A DNA stretch of 64,000 bases, taken from the IMG/VR virus record IMGVR_UViG_3300024255_000005; one strand, 5' to 3'. A program made the position numbers and the translations under genes. The notes under the pieces were generated by a model. That model ran no database searches. It was not told the origin of the DNA and saw only the letters and a program-made list of their open reading frames with translations. This document shows, piece by piece, positions 26,989-35,483 of the stretch; within the stretch, counting starts at the first letter, position 1; each line of letters begins with the position of its first letter. The DNA is from an uncultured virus (IMG/VR IMGVR_UViG_3300024255_000005). Its lineage: Duplodnaviria; Heunggongvirae; Uroviricota; Caudoviricetes.

Positions 26989-27690
26989 ATGTCAACTGAA
27001 AAAGAATTAAATACTGATAATCTTAGAGACACGCATTGGTTAGGAGAAGTTATCGACAATGTCGATCCTCTTAAACTAGGTAGATGTAAGGTTAAAGTTT
27101 TAGGAAAGTTTGATAATTTGCCGGATGAATCTATTCCATGGGCAACTCCTATGAATAGAAACGCAGTAGGTTCTCACCATGTTCCTAGAATAGGAGATAT
27201 AGTTTCAGCTAGATTTGATAATGGAAATTTATATCATCCTGAATATTGGTTTCATATAGAGCAGAACCTTGATCTTAAAACAGATATATTAGAAGGAGCT
27301 GGGAATGCTGAAAATGTAATAAGTTTAGTATATGATGCTGAAAGAAACGTAAGAATTTATCACTCAGAAGAAGATGGTCTTATAATTACAAGAGGAAGCG
27401 GTGCGAAAGAAAGACCATTAATGCAAATAGACGAAGCCGGAGATATTAAAATTTCTACAGAAGCTAGAATATTTTTAGATGCAGGTAACATATTTTTAAG
27501 TAATACTGGAGAACCCGGTGAAGACACTAATCAGCCAGCCGTAAGAGGATTAGACTTAGAGACATTCCTAAGGAATTTTATTACAGACTATAAAGCACAT
27601 ATTCATCCGACGGGTGTTGGTCCTTCCGGAACTTTACAAGTTCCATTTGCCGAAGGAGATCACAAGTCATATCAACAAGAAAATAAATAA
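26989..27690 (+). CDS. Baseplate central spike (gp5 N-terminal OB / gpV-like)
   Basis: WLGEVIDNVDPLKLGRCKVKV...IPWA...VPRIGDIV; C-terminal HIH metal-binding tip motif. Confidence 0.85.
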   Translation: MSTEKELNTDNLRDTHWLGEVIDNVDPLKLGRCKVKVLGKFDNLPDESIPWATPMNRNAVGSHHVPRIGDIVSARFDNGNLYHPEYWFHIEQNLDLKTDILEGAGNAENVISLVYDAERNVRIYHSEEDGLIITRGSGAKERPLMQIDEAGDIKISTEARIFLDAGNIFLSNTGEPGEDTNQPAVRGLDLETFLRNFITDYKAHIHPTGVGPSGTLQVPFAEGDHKSYQQENK

Positions 27691-27692
27691 TT

Positions 27693-29378
27693 ATGCCAGC
27701 ACAATGGTCAACATTCATAGATGAAGTATCAGATATTCTAGAAAAACCAGAAGAGCAACCACTAGACGCGAAAGATTTTGGAAAAAAATTAGCGAAGGCA
27801 TATTTAGCAGCAGTTCAGGGCAATGCACAGTGTATTCCGGGAATGGCTAATCATGAAGGCTCACCGGGTGAATCTGCATTTATAGCAAGCTACGAACAGT
27901 GGTTTCATGATCTTTGGGAAAAAGGTGAACCGGTGATGGTAACCCCGGATAACGAAGAACCCCTTATAAATGAAAAAGATAATTTAATAGCATTCTTAGC
28001 GACAGCTGAAGGTGCTGCGACTAGATTAACGATTGCAGGGAAGGACAATGATCCAGAATATAACAAACTAGAAGGTGAAATAGGAGAAGGTATACAATAT
28101 GAGCCAACGGAAGAGCTTGACAAGTATTTAGAAGAGTTTAAGGATGACGAAGCAGAAAACCTATATAGATATAGATATTTTGAATTCCACCGCTTAGATG
28201 GTAAGGAATCAGCTGATGAATTAGCTCGAATAACTGCAACAAGATTGTTAATGACCTTTGAAGATATCTCAGATGGAGAAAAAAGACTAGATTTTTGGAA
28301 ATGGCTAGAGCGTCTAGAAAAGAATACACATTTCACTACAAGTACTGCTATTATAAACGACAGAACACGAAATAGGGATAACGCTATCGCTACACTGAAG
28401 GGATTAGATTGGAACTGGAGCTCATTTGCAGGATCTGGCACCGGAAATAAACAAAGGTTTCATGAACTAGTTGTACAATATATAAGGGAGTCAATATTAT
28501 TATCACATCCGGCCTCGACAGAATATATTAATAGTTCCGGAAATAAGGCATACCGCACAGTTGAAAAGGCGAATGAGGTGGCCGTAGAAATGGATAAAGT
28601 AAATGAAATGACATATCCTTGGCCATTCGACACAACACTACCCGAGGGCTATGAAGAAATGGAACCTTCAGAAAAAATAAAGGTCAGATATCATTTTAAA
28701 TTAAACAACCTAAAGATACAAGAACCGTATGAAGAGAATCAGAAAATGCCGCCTGTACTAACACAGTCATTTGTTTCTGAATTTTCATGGAACGGAACTG
28801 ATGATTATGGACAAAAGCATTCAAGGCTTAAATCAGAATATGTAGATACTGAGCTAAGAAAAAAATGGCAAGGATGTCCATTAGGTACAAGTGACGAAGG
28901 CCAGGATTCTATTGTAAATATAGATATGTCTAAAACGGGAACTTTAGCTAAACAAATTAGAAATACTTTAATAGTAGAAATGGGAATTGAAGCTGCAATG
29001 TTAGCAGAAGGTGGAAGTAAAGATGATCCATATAAAGAACTCGCAAAGGCAACTCTTAAATACTGGAAAGATGCAACAATACAGCCGTTTGCAACTGGTG
29101 ACCCGACACCGCCATGTACATCAATACCTGTTCTTATGGGAAAATATATAGGTGTCAGTTATGGAAATCAAAAGAAATTAGCAGATAATTTAAGAAGAGC
29201 TCTTAATTCAGGAAAGGATTCTGATAACGTACATGATGCAGCCGAGGACGTTGCAAGTGCATTAGCATATTCTTATTTTACACATCTTAGCCAAATGAAA
29301 TTTATTTATATGGGCGGAATAGCGGTTCCTTTAGTTCCTTATATTCCTATGATAGGATTTGACGCCACCGTAATTTGA
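27693..29378 (+). CDS. Hypothetical virion-associated protein
   Basis: Long ORF coupled to the spike gene. Confidence 0.6.
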   Translation: MPAQWSTFIDEVSDILEKPEEQPLDAKDFGKKLAKAYLAAVQGNAQCIPGMANHEGSPGESAFIASYEQWFHDLWEKGEPVMVTPDNEEPLINEKDNLIAFLATAEGAATRLTIAGKDNDPEYNKLEGEIGEGIQYEPTEELDKYLEEFKDDEAENLYRYRYFEFHRLDGKESADELARITATRLLMTFEDISDGEKRLDFWKWLERLEKNTHFTTSTAIINDRTRNRDNAIATLKGLDWNWSSFAGSGTGNKQRFHELVVQYIRESILLSHPASTEYINSSGNKAYRTVEKANEVAVEMDKVNEMTYPWPFDTTLPEGYEEMEPSEKIKVRYHFKLNNLKIQEPYEENQKMPPVLTQSFVSEFSWNGTDDYGQKHSRLKSEYVDTELRKKWQGCPLGTSDEGQDSIVNIDMSKTGTLAKQIRNTLIVEMGIEAAMLAEGGSKDDPYKELAKATLKYWKDATIQPFATGDPTPPCTSIPVLMGKYIGVSYGNQKKLADNLRRALNSGKDSDNVHDAAEDVASALAYSYFTHLSQMKFIYMGGIAVPLVPYIPMIGFDATVI

Positions 29379-29384
29379 TATATA
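29377..29384 (+). promoter_or_regulatory. Putative late promoter GATATATA
   Basis: Recurrent motif. Confidence 0.6.
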
Positions 29385-29424
29385 ACTAGTAAAACATACA
29401 TTAACCCTTTTAAAAACAAAGTAA

Positions 29425-30753
29425 ATGTCAACAAAGACAACTCAAAAACAAAAGAGACCAAGACTCTCGACAACTACACAGCTTACAGAAGCTAACCAAG
29501 AAACAGAAGTTAAAGTAGAAACTTCATTAAACGCCGCAACCCCGGAAAAACCAACTCCCGGTCCAGATACAAATTATATGGATGAAAACGGAGAATTCAT
29601 GTGGGACCAATATGAGGCAACATGTGTAACTAAGCTTAGGAAACCCAATCCACATATTAAAACACCTAAAGGTGTAAAGGTATATAGCAGAGAATCATAC
29701 GCCCAAGAACTATTTGACCTAATGGAAGGTCATTCACTAACTTCAAATACTTTATATTCTTTACAATTAGGAGCTAGCTATACTGGAAAGGTGTATGCGG
29801 TTGATTCCGAATGGGCATCAATTGATGTAGGATATAGAGAATTAATCTATGTAGATTTATCAAGAGAAACTACAGAAGTAAGAGAACTTCTAAAACAAGG
29901 AGTTGAAGTCGATGTTCAATTGATCGCCGATACTTCAATGAATGTCAAGAAATATATGATAGGTTCTGTGACTGAAGGTCTTAAGACTAAGGTTATTAAA
30001 GAAATCGTAGCATCTATTGACGATGGAAATACAGCATACAGTGGTATTGTTTCTAAAATGATTCCAGGTGGAGGATATATTGTTCAAGTTCAAGGAATTG
30101 ATTGCTTTATGCCAGGTTCTTTAGCTGGTGTAAATAAATTGCATGACTTTGAATCAATCATCGACACGGAAATGTATGTAGTACCTGTAAGTTATTCGGA
30201 AGAAAAAGGAACTGTGGTAGTTTCACATAGAGCATATTTAAGAGCTCTTATTCCTAATACACTCAAAGCAATACAAGAAGATATTACAGTTGAAAGAACA
30301 GGTCACGTTACTGGTTCTGCAAAATACGGTGTATTCGTTGAGTTTGAAGGATGTTTAACTGGTATGATTCACGTTAACGACTTAGATACTGAAACTTCAA
30401 AGGCACATAGAGATAGATCTTTAGAGCCAGGAACAGAGATTAAATTCTATGTTAAAGAAGTTATTAATGAAAGAAAAATTACACTTGTTCAAGGTTCTCC
30501 TGCTGAAAAGAAAGTAGATCCATGGGAAGGTATTTCTTCAAGATATACTAAGAAAACTGAAGTGGTAGGAAAGGTAAAATCTACTAAAGACTATGGTTTA
30601 TTTGTAGAAATAGAAGAAGGTGTCGTAGGACTCTTACATGTATCTGAATTCCCTGAGAACATAGATATTAAAGACATATCGAAAGGTGGAGATATTACTG
30701 TTCAAGTGATCAGAGTTGAAGAAGACACTAGAAAAGTATTCCTAAAACTATAA
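29425..30753 (+). CDS. rpsA: Ribosomal protein bS1-like multi-S1-domain protein
   Basis: About four S1 repeats: GGYIVQVQGIDCFMPGS, YGVFVEFEGCLTGMIHVNDL and YGLFVEIEEGVVGLLHVSE. Confidence 0.8.
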   Translation: MSTKTTQKQKRPRLSTTTQLTEANQETEVKVETSLNAATPEKPTPGPDTNYMDENGEFMWDQYEATCVTKLRKPNPHIKTPKGVKVYSRESYAQELFDLMEGHSLTSNTLYSLQLGASYTGKVYAVDSEWASIDVGYRELIYVDLSRETTEVRELLKQGVEVDVQLIADTSMNVKKYMIGSVTEGLKTKVIKEIVASIDDGNTAYSGIVSKMIPGGGYIVQVQGIDCFMPGSLAGVNKLHDFESIIDTEMYVVPVSYSEEKGTVVVSHRAYLRALIPNTLKAIQEDITVERTGHVTGSAKYGVFVEFEGCLTGMIHVNDLDTETSKAHRDRSLEPGTEIKFYVKEVINERKITLVQGSPAEKKVDPWEGISSRYTKKTEVVGKVKSTKDYGLFVEIEEGVVGLLHVSEFPENIDIKDISKGGDITVQVIRVEEDTRKVFLKL

Positions 30754-30772
30754 TCAAATCTATAATTTAGTT

Positions 30773-30800
30773 GAAAGAGCCCGATCACTCGGGCTTTTTC
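30773..30800 (+). terminator. Rho-independent terminator
   Basis: GAAAGAGCCCGA-TCAC-TCGGGCTTTTTC. Confidence 0.8.
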
Positions 30801-30822
30801 ACGTTATAGTGTATCTAACAGA

Positions 30823-30830
30823 GATATATA
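30823..30830 (+). promoter_or_regulatory. Putative late promoter GATATATA
   Basis: Recurrent motif. Confidence 0.6.
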
Positions 30831-30858
30831 AACCAACTTAAGTTATATAATTACGTAA

Positions 30859-32154
30859 ATGAATAATATTAATAATTCAGACATATTAAAGAATGCACTG
30901 GTAGGTGTTGAATTTGAATTTTATTCTAATAAGGATATCGATACGACTGCTAAAGATTTAGCGGGTCTTTTAGGTAAAAAGATTAGAGTAGAAGCAAAGG
31001 CGCATAGTGATTTTGAAGTTACAAGAGATGAGTTTAAAATTGAACCTGATATGTCAGGTGGTGAAAAACTAATGGAACTCGTAACAGGCGCACAGCCGTA
31101 TTATGCTGCAAGGATGATGATTATTAAAGTATGTAAATGGATAGAAGAAAATGGATATACGAATGATAGAAGTTCTATTCACTTAAACCTTTCTTTCGAT
31201 ACAGATAAAATAGAAAATAAACACAGAATATCTAAGATGAATGTTCTTAAATTTATTTTAGATTTTAAAGAAAGTCAAGTCTTTAAGTTTTTTCCTGAAA
31301 GAAAGGATTCTGCATACGCAAAATCAATTAAATTCGTTTTACCTAAGTCAGATACTTATTTCTACGATGGATTAAATATTACTCCTAGCAATTTCATATA
31401 TCCTGATTCTAAATATTACGGAATTAACTTTGAAAAAAGACATAAGAATTATTTAGAATTTAGATATCTTGGCGGAGAAGATTGGGAAAAGAAAACTTCT
31501 AAGATTCTACAAATGCTAGATCTTTTTATAACTCAGCTATGGAATAGCACGAGTAATGTTCAATTTAACAATCTTAATTCAATAGAGCTTAGAAAAATTC
31601 TTGCTAAGAATGAAAGAATTATAAAGGCTAGAAAAGATTGGAAATCTATCAATGTGGGATGGAATAAAGATGTTAAATTAACGGTCGATTTAAATGACAA
31701 TGAAAAGATAATAGATTTACACTGGCCTAATATTAGAGAAAGAGTTCTTAGATTATTTACACATGGTGAATTAACAAAAGGACATATTAACTATGATGCT
31801 GACAACGGAACTATTCAAGTAGAAGGTGGTAGCTTATCATATTGTGTAGAATTAGAAGGATATGAATTTGTAAGATGTTCTTTGAGAGGAGAATTTACAA
31901 ATTGTGATTTCTTCGGATGTGACGTAAATGGATCCGATATACATTCCTGTAATTTTTATCAATCTACACAGGTTAATTCGTCTAAATTAGAAAGTTCATA
32001 CGTTCATCAGTCGTGTATATTAAAAGACTGTTACGTATATGGAAATGGAATAATGAAAGGATCAATGCAAGGTGGTATATTTAGAGACGGTAAATATGAT
32101 AAAAGAACTGCGAAGTTTGACAACACTGAAAAAATACTTTATACGGAAGTTTAA
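30859..32154 (+). CDS. Putative amidoligase (COOH-NH2 ligase, glutamine-synthetase-like fold) with a repetitive Cys/Ser C-terminal region
   Basis: VGVEFEF, EPDMSGG, MELVT, SSIHLNLS, KYYGINF and LEFRY. Confidence 0.7.
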   Translation: MNNINNSDILKNALVGVEFEFYSNKDIDTTAKDLAGLLGKKIRVEAKAHSDFEVTRDEFKIEPDMSGGEKLMELVTGAQPYYAARMMIIKVCKWIEENGYTNDRSSIHLNLSFDTDKIENKHRISKMNVLKFILDFKESQVFKFFPERKDSAYAKSIKFVLPKSDTYFYDGLNITPSNFIYPDSKYYGINFEKRHKNYLEFRYLGGEDWEKKTSKILQMLDLFITQLWNSTSNVQFNNLNSIELRKILAKNERIIKARKDWKSINVGWNKDVKLTVDLNDNEKIIDLHWPNIRERVLRLFTHGELTKGHINYDADNGTIQVEGGSLSYCVELEGYEFVRCSLRGEFTNCDFFGCDVNGSDIHSCNFYQSTQVNSSKLESSYVHQSCILKDCYVYGNGIMKGSMQGGIFRDGKYDKRTAKFDNTEKILYTEV

Positions 32155-32170
32155 AAATAACTAAAACAAA

Positions 32171-33004
32171 ATGAGTGATAATATAATAGGTAATAATAGC
32201 CACTTAGATAAACCTACATGGGATGATAATAAATGCTTTAACGACTTTGTAAATGAGTTGGCATCAGAAGTAACAGGGTCTTGTATGATTCCTATGAATC
32301 TTCCAAAATCAGAAGTAGAGAATATTGTCAAGAGAGCAAAGAAATGGTTCTATAAAAATTACGAGTATTCAATGAAAGAAAACTTTATGGTTTTGCCTAA
32401 AGAACTTTTTGAGTCTAATCTTTTTAAATCTAGAAGATGCTTTACTCTTCCAAAGATGGATCCAGTTACAGGTGGTGGAGAAGTTTATTCAGTATATGGA
32501 TGTTTTGAAACTGGATCAAAGTATGCAGGTGGAACAGATATTAGATTTTCACAAGGTGATTTTGCTATCGAAAGAATGATGTATACTGGAATGTTCGGTG
32601 GAGATGGTGTAGTAGATGCAGCAGAGAACCTTCAATATTACGTGGTTAATGAAAGTTTCTTTGATATGGCTAGACAAATTCTAGAAAACCCCATTGGCTA
32701 TCACTATAACCAACTAACACATGAGATTAAATTTACTGGAGAAACCCCTAACAGAGATATTATATTAGAAGTATATGAAACAATTCCAGAGTGTGCATTA
32801 TTTGAAGATGAAGCATTCTTTAGATACTGTGCTGCGAAAATTAAAATATCACTTGGCCAAAAGTTAAGTATTTTTGGATTTGCATTGCCAGGAAATATAG
32901 AGGTAAATGCAGATGCAATACAGGGATTAGGAGAAGGAGAACTAGAAGCTGTTATTGAAGAAATTAAATCAGATGAAGGCACCGATTGGATGATGCATTC
33001 TTAA
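32171..33004 (+). CDS. Neck protein, T4 gp13-like
   Basis: C-terminal KISLGQKLSIFGFALPGNIEVNADAI...ELEAVIEEI resembles the gp13 family. Confidence 0.65.
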   Translation: MSDNIIGNNSHLDKPTWDDNKCFNDFVNELASEVTGSCMIPMNLPKSEVENIVKRAKKWFYKNYEYSMKENFMVLPKELFESNLFKSRRCFTLPKMDPVTGGGEVYSVYGCFETGSKYAGGTDIRFSQGDFAIERMMYTGMFGGDGVVDAAENLQYYVVNESFFDMARQILENPIGYHYNQLTHEIKFTGETPNRDIILEVYETIPECALFEDEAFFRYCAAKIKISLGQKLSIFGFALPGNIEVNADAIQGLGEGELEAVIEEIKSDEGTDWMMHS

Positions 33005-33020
33005 TAGAATATATAGTTAA

Positions 33021-33374
33021 ATGGAATTTTATATAAAAGCACAAGGAGATCCTGGGTTTGATCCAACAGAGATGGAAAACTATTCAGAACTTTCAAGGCT
33101 GTTAACTCAGATTGAAACCGTTCTTTTTACAAGAAAGGGAGATGTTCTAGGTAATCCAGAATTTGGAGCTAATTTAGAAGACTATGTGTATTCATTAAGT
33201 TATAATGACTATTTATTAAAAAAAGTGGTAGCAGAGCAGATTTTTCAATTCTGTCCACTTGCACAGAAATTTAACGTGACTGTTGATGTTGACTTTACTA
33301 AAGAAGTTGATAGACATGCGGTCTTTATAGATATAAGAGTAGACAACAAATATCAGGTAGGTGTTTACGTATAA
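33021..33374 (+). CDS. Baseplate wedge subunit gp25-like
   Basis: IETVLFTRKGDVLGNPEFGANLEDYVY. Confidence 0.85.
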   Translation: MEFYIKAQGDPGFDPTEMENYSELSRLLTQIETVLFTRKGDVLGNPEFGANLEDYVYSLSYNDYLLKKVVAEQIFQFCPLAQKFNVTVDVDFTKEVDRHAVFIDIRVDNKYQVGVYV

Positions 33375-33391
33375 TAAAACAAAAAAGTAAA

Positions 33392-35212
33392 ATGGCAGAT
33401 AATAACTTTTTATCAACGTCTAGAATTAAAACTGGAGAAATGATCTCAGATGTGAGATCTTATGTTAGTAGGGTATATGGTGCAGTAGGAACTGCATTTA
33501 CAACCGCTTCTCCCTTTTCACAATTACTAGATGTTATTTCAGAAATAGGAAAATTAATCTTCTTTTATATAGAAGATTCAACGGTTGAGCAAAATATACT
33601 AACAGCTCAAAACCCGGTATCAATATATGGACTTTCAAGATTAGCAGGACATGATTCATTTAGAGGAGCTGCCGCTTCTGGTGAATTAAAGCTGAGATTA
33701 GGTGTACAGGGATTAGATGATATTGCAGGAGATGCTTTAAACATTCCCGCTAATGCTATTATAAAATCAAATGATAATGGTCTAGTGTATACCCTAAGAA
33801 CCAATAATGATCAATTTAGATTAGACAAATCTAATTCTAATTTTATATATGTTCCCGTAATTCAAGGAGAATATGAAGATCAAACATTAACTTCAACAGG
33901 GGAGTCACTTCAGTCATTTAACGTAATAACAAAAGGAATGGTTGATCATGATCAAATTAGAGTAACCGTTAATTCTAATTTGTGGTCAAAATATGATTCA
34001 CTGTATGATATGAAGAAAGGAACACAGGGTTACATTGTGAAAACAGGTATAACAGGTGGATTAGATCTTTATTTTGGTAATGGTTCATTTGGAGAAATAC
34101 CTGAAAAGGGAGCTTCGATTAAAGTAGAATATTTAAAGATTTCTGGTGCTATGGGTAATTTAAATGGTAGAGCTGATTTGACATTTAAGTTTGAAACTGA
34201 AGGAACAGATTCTTTAGGAAACACACATGACTTAAACGAATTATTAGAATTTTCGTTTACAGTCGCTCCTAAAATGGGAGCAAATCCAGAAGATATTGCA
34301 TTAACAAAATTAATTGCCCCATTACAGTCACATTCATTTGTACTAGCAACCCCAGATAACTATGAACACTTTCTTTCAAGATATGGCTTGTTTTCATATT
34401 TAGATGCATATAATACTACAGATGATGGATATTTAGACGATGATAATGTTATCTATCTGTTCATGCTGCCTAATACTCTTAAAAAATTACAAAACAATAA
34501 AGATTATTTTAGCTTAGATACTTCTGAATTCTTTTTTACTGAAATAGAAAAAGAAGGAATTATGGGATTATTAGAAAAATCAGGAAGACAGATGGTAACG
34601 ACTGAAGTTAAAATAGTAGATCCTTTACCACAATACTTTAGAATGGATATTAAGGTTAGATATTTTGAAGGATATCATAAAAATAACCTATCGTCTGAAA
34701 TTAGATCTAAGGTCGCTGAATACTTAATTAATATTACAAGAAGAGATCGTCTTCCAAAATCAGATATAGTAGCAATTATTGAAGGTATTGAAGGTATTGA
34801 TTCCGTTAACGTTAAATTCACTTCTGAAAAAGAAGAAACAGCTAGAAGATTAGGATATTATATTTCTAAAACAGTAACCGTAACTCCTTCTACTCCACTA
34901 TTAGAGGATATAGGCAACGGAAAACAAAAAATGGTTTTCTTTAAAAGAAACGTAACTACCTCACAGGTTAATTTTGAAGAAGGCGCTGCTCTTCCTGAGA
35001 ATGTAATTAATTTAGATTCTTTTGGAGATATAATTTTAGAAAAAGAAGAAGTTGCATTGTTTAGAGGTGGATGGTTAGATCAAAATGGAAACATAGTGGA
35101 TGATTCAGTAAAGACTGGAGAAAAAGCAGCTCTTTCAATTTACTTTGATGAACCAGCTGTGAAAAATAGCATATTCGCTAAAGTTCAAGCTAAAAATAGA
35201 AAAGCTATATAA
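33392..35212 (+). CDS. Baseplate wedge subunit gp6/gpJ-like
   Basis: LTAQNPVSIYGLSRLAGH, LYFGNGSFGEIP and LATPDNYE; follows gp25. Confidence 0.8.
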   Translation: MADNNFLSTSRIKTGEMISDVRSYVSRVYGAVGTAFTTASPFSQLLDVISEIGKLIFFYIEDSTVEQNILTAQNPVSIYGLSRLAGHDSFRGAAASGELKLRLGVQGLDDIAGDALNIPANAIIKSNDNGLVYTLRTNNDQFRLDKSNSNFIYVPVIQGEYEDQTLTSTGESLQSFNVITKGMVDHDQIRVTVNSNLWSKYDSLYDMKKGTQGYIVKTGITGGLDLYFGNGSFGEIPEKGASIKVEYLKISGAMGNLNGRADLTFKFETEGTDSLGNTHDLNELLEFSFTVAPKMGANPEDIALTKLIAPLQSHSFVLATPDNYEHFLSRYGLFSYLDAYNTTDDGYLDDDNVIYLFMLPNTLKKLQNNKDYFSLDTSEFFFTEIEKEGIMGLLEKSGRQMVTTEVKIVDPLPQYFRMDIKVRYFEGYHKNNLSSEIRSKVAEYLINITRRDRLPKSDIVAIIEGIEGIDSVNVKFTSEKEETARRLGYYISKTVTVTPSTPLLEDIGNGKQKMVFFKRNVTTSQVNFEEGAALPENVINLDSFGDIILEKEEVALFRGGWLDQNGNIVDDSVKTGEKAALSIYFDEPAVKNSIFAKVQAKNRKAI

Positions 35213-35481
35213 TGAGTATTTTTAAAAATCTTTTTAAAAGCAGGAGAGAAAGGCTATACTCTATTAGGGAAAGTGTATTTGACGATAGAAAAAATCTTGG
35301 AAATGATTATAGAAAAAACATTTTAAAGAATTCTATATCTGGTCATATATGGAGAAATAACCAAATGAATGATTTTATAAAGTTTATTCAAGAGGTGTTG
35401 GCTGATTGGGTAGACTCTGTGAATTATTTAAAGAGTTATAAATCTTACACTATTAAAAAGAACGATAAAAAAATTAGATAA
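35212..35481 (+). CDS. Hypothetical protein
   Basis: TAATG-coupled ORF. Confidence 0.65.
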   Translation: MSIFKNLFKSRRERLYSIRESVFDDRKNLGNDYRKNILKNSISGHIWRNNQMNDFIKFIQEVLADWVDSVNYLKSYKSYTIKKNDKKIR

Positions 35482-35483
35482 CA

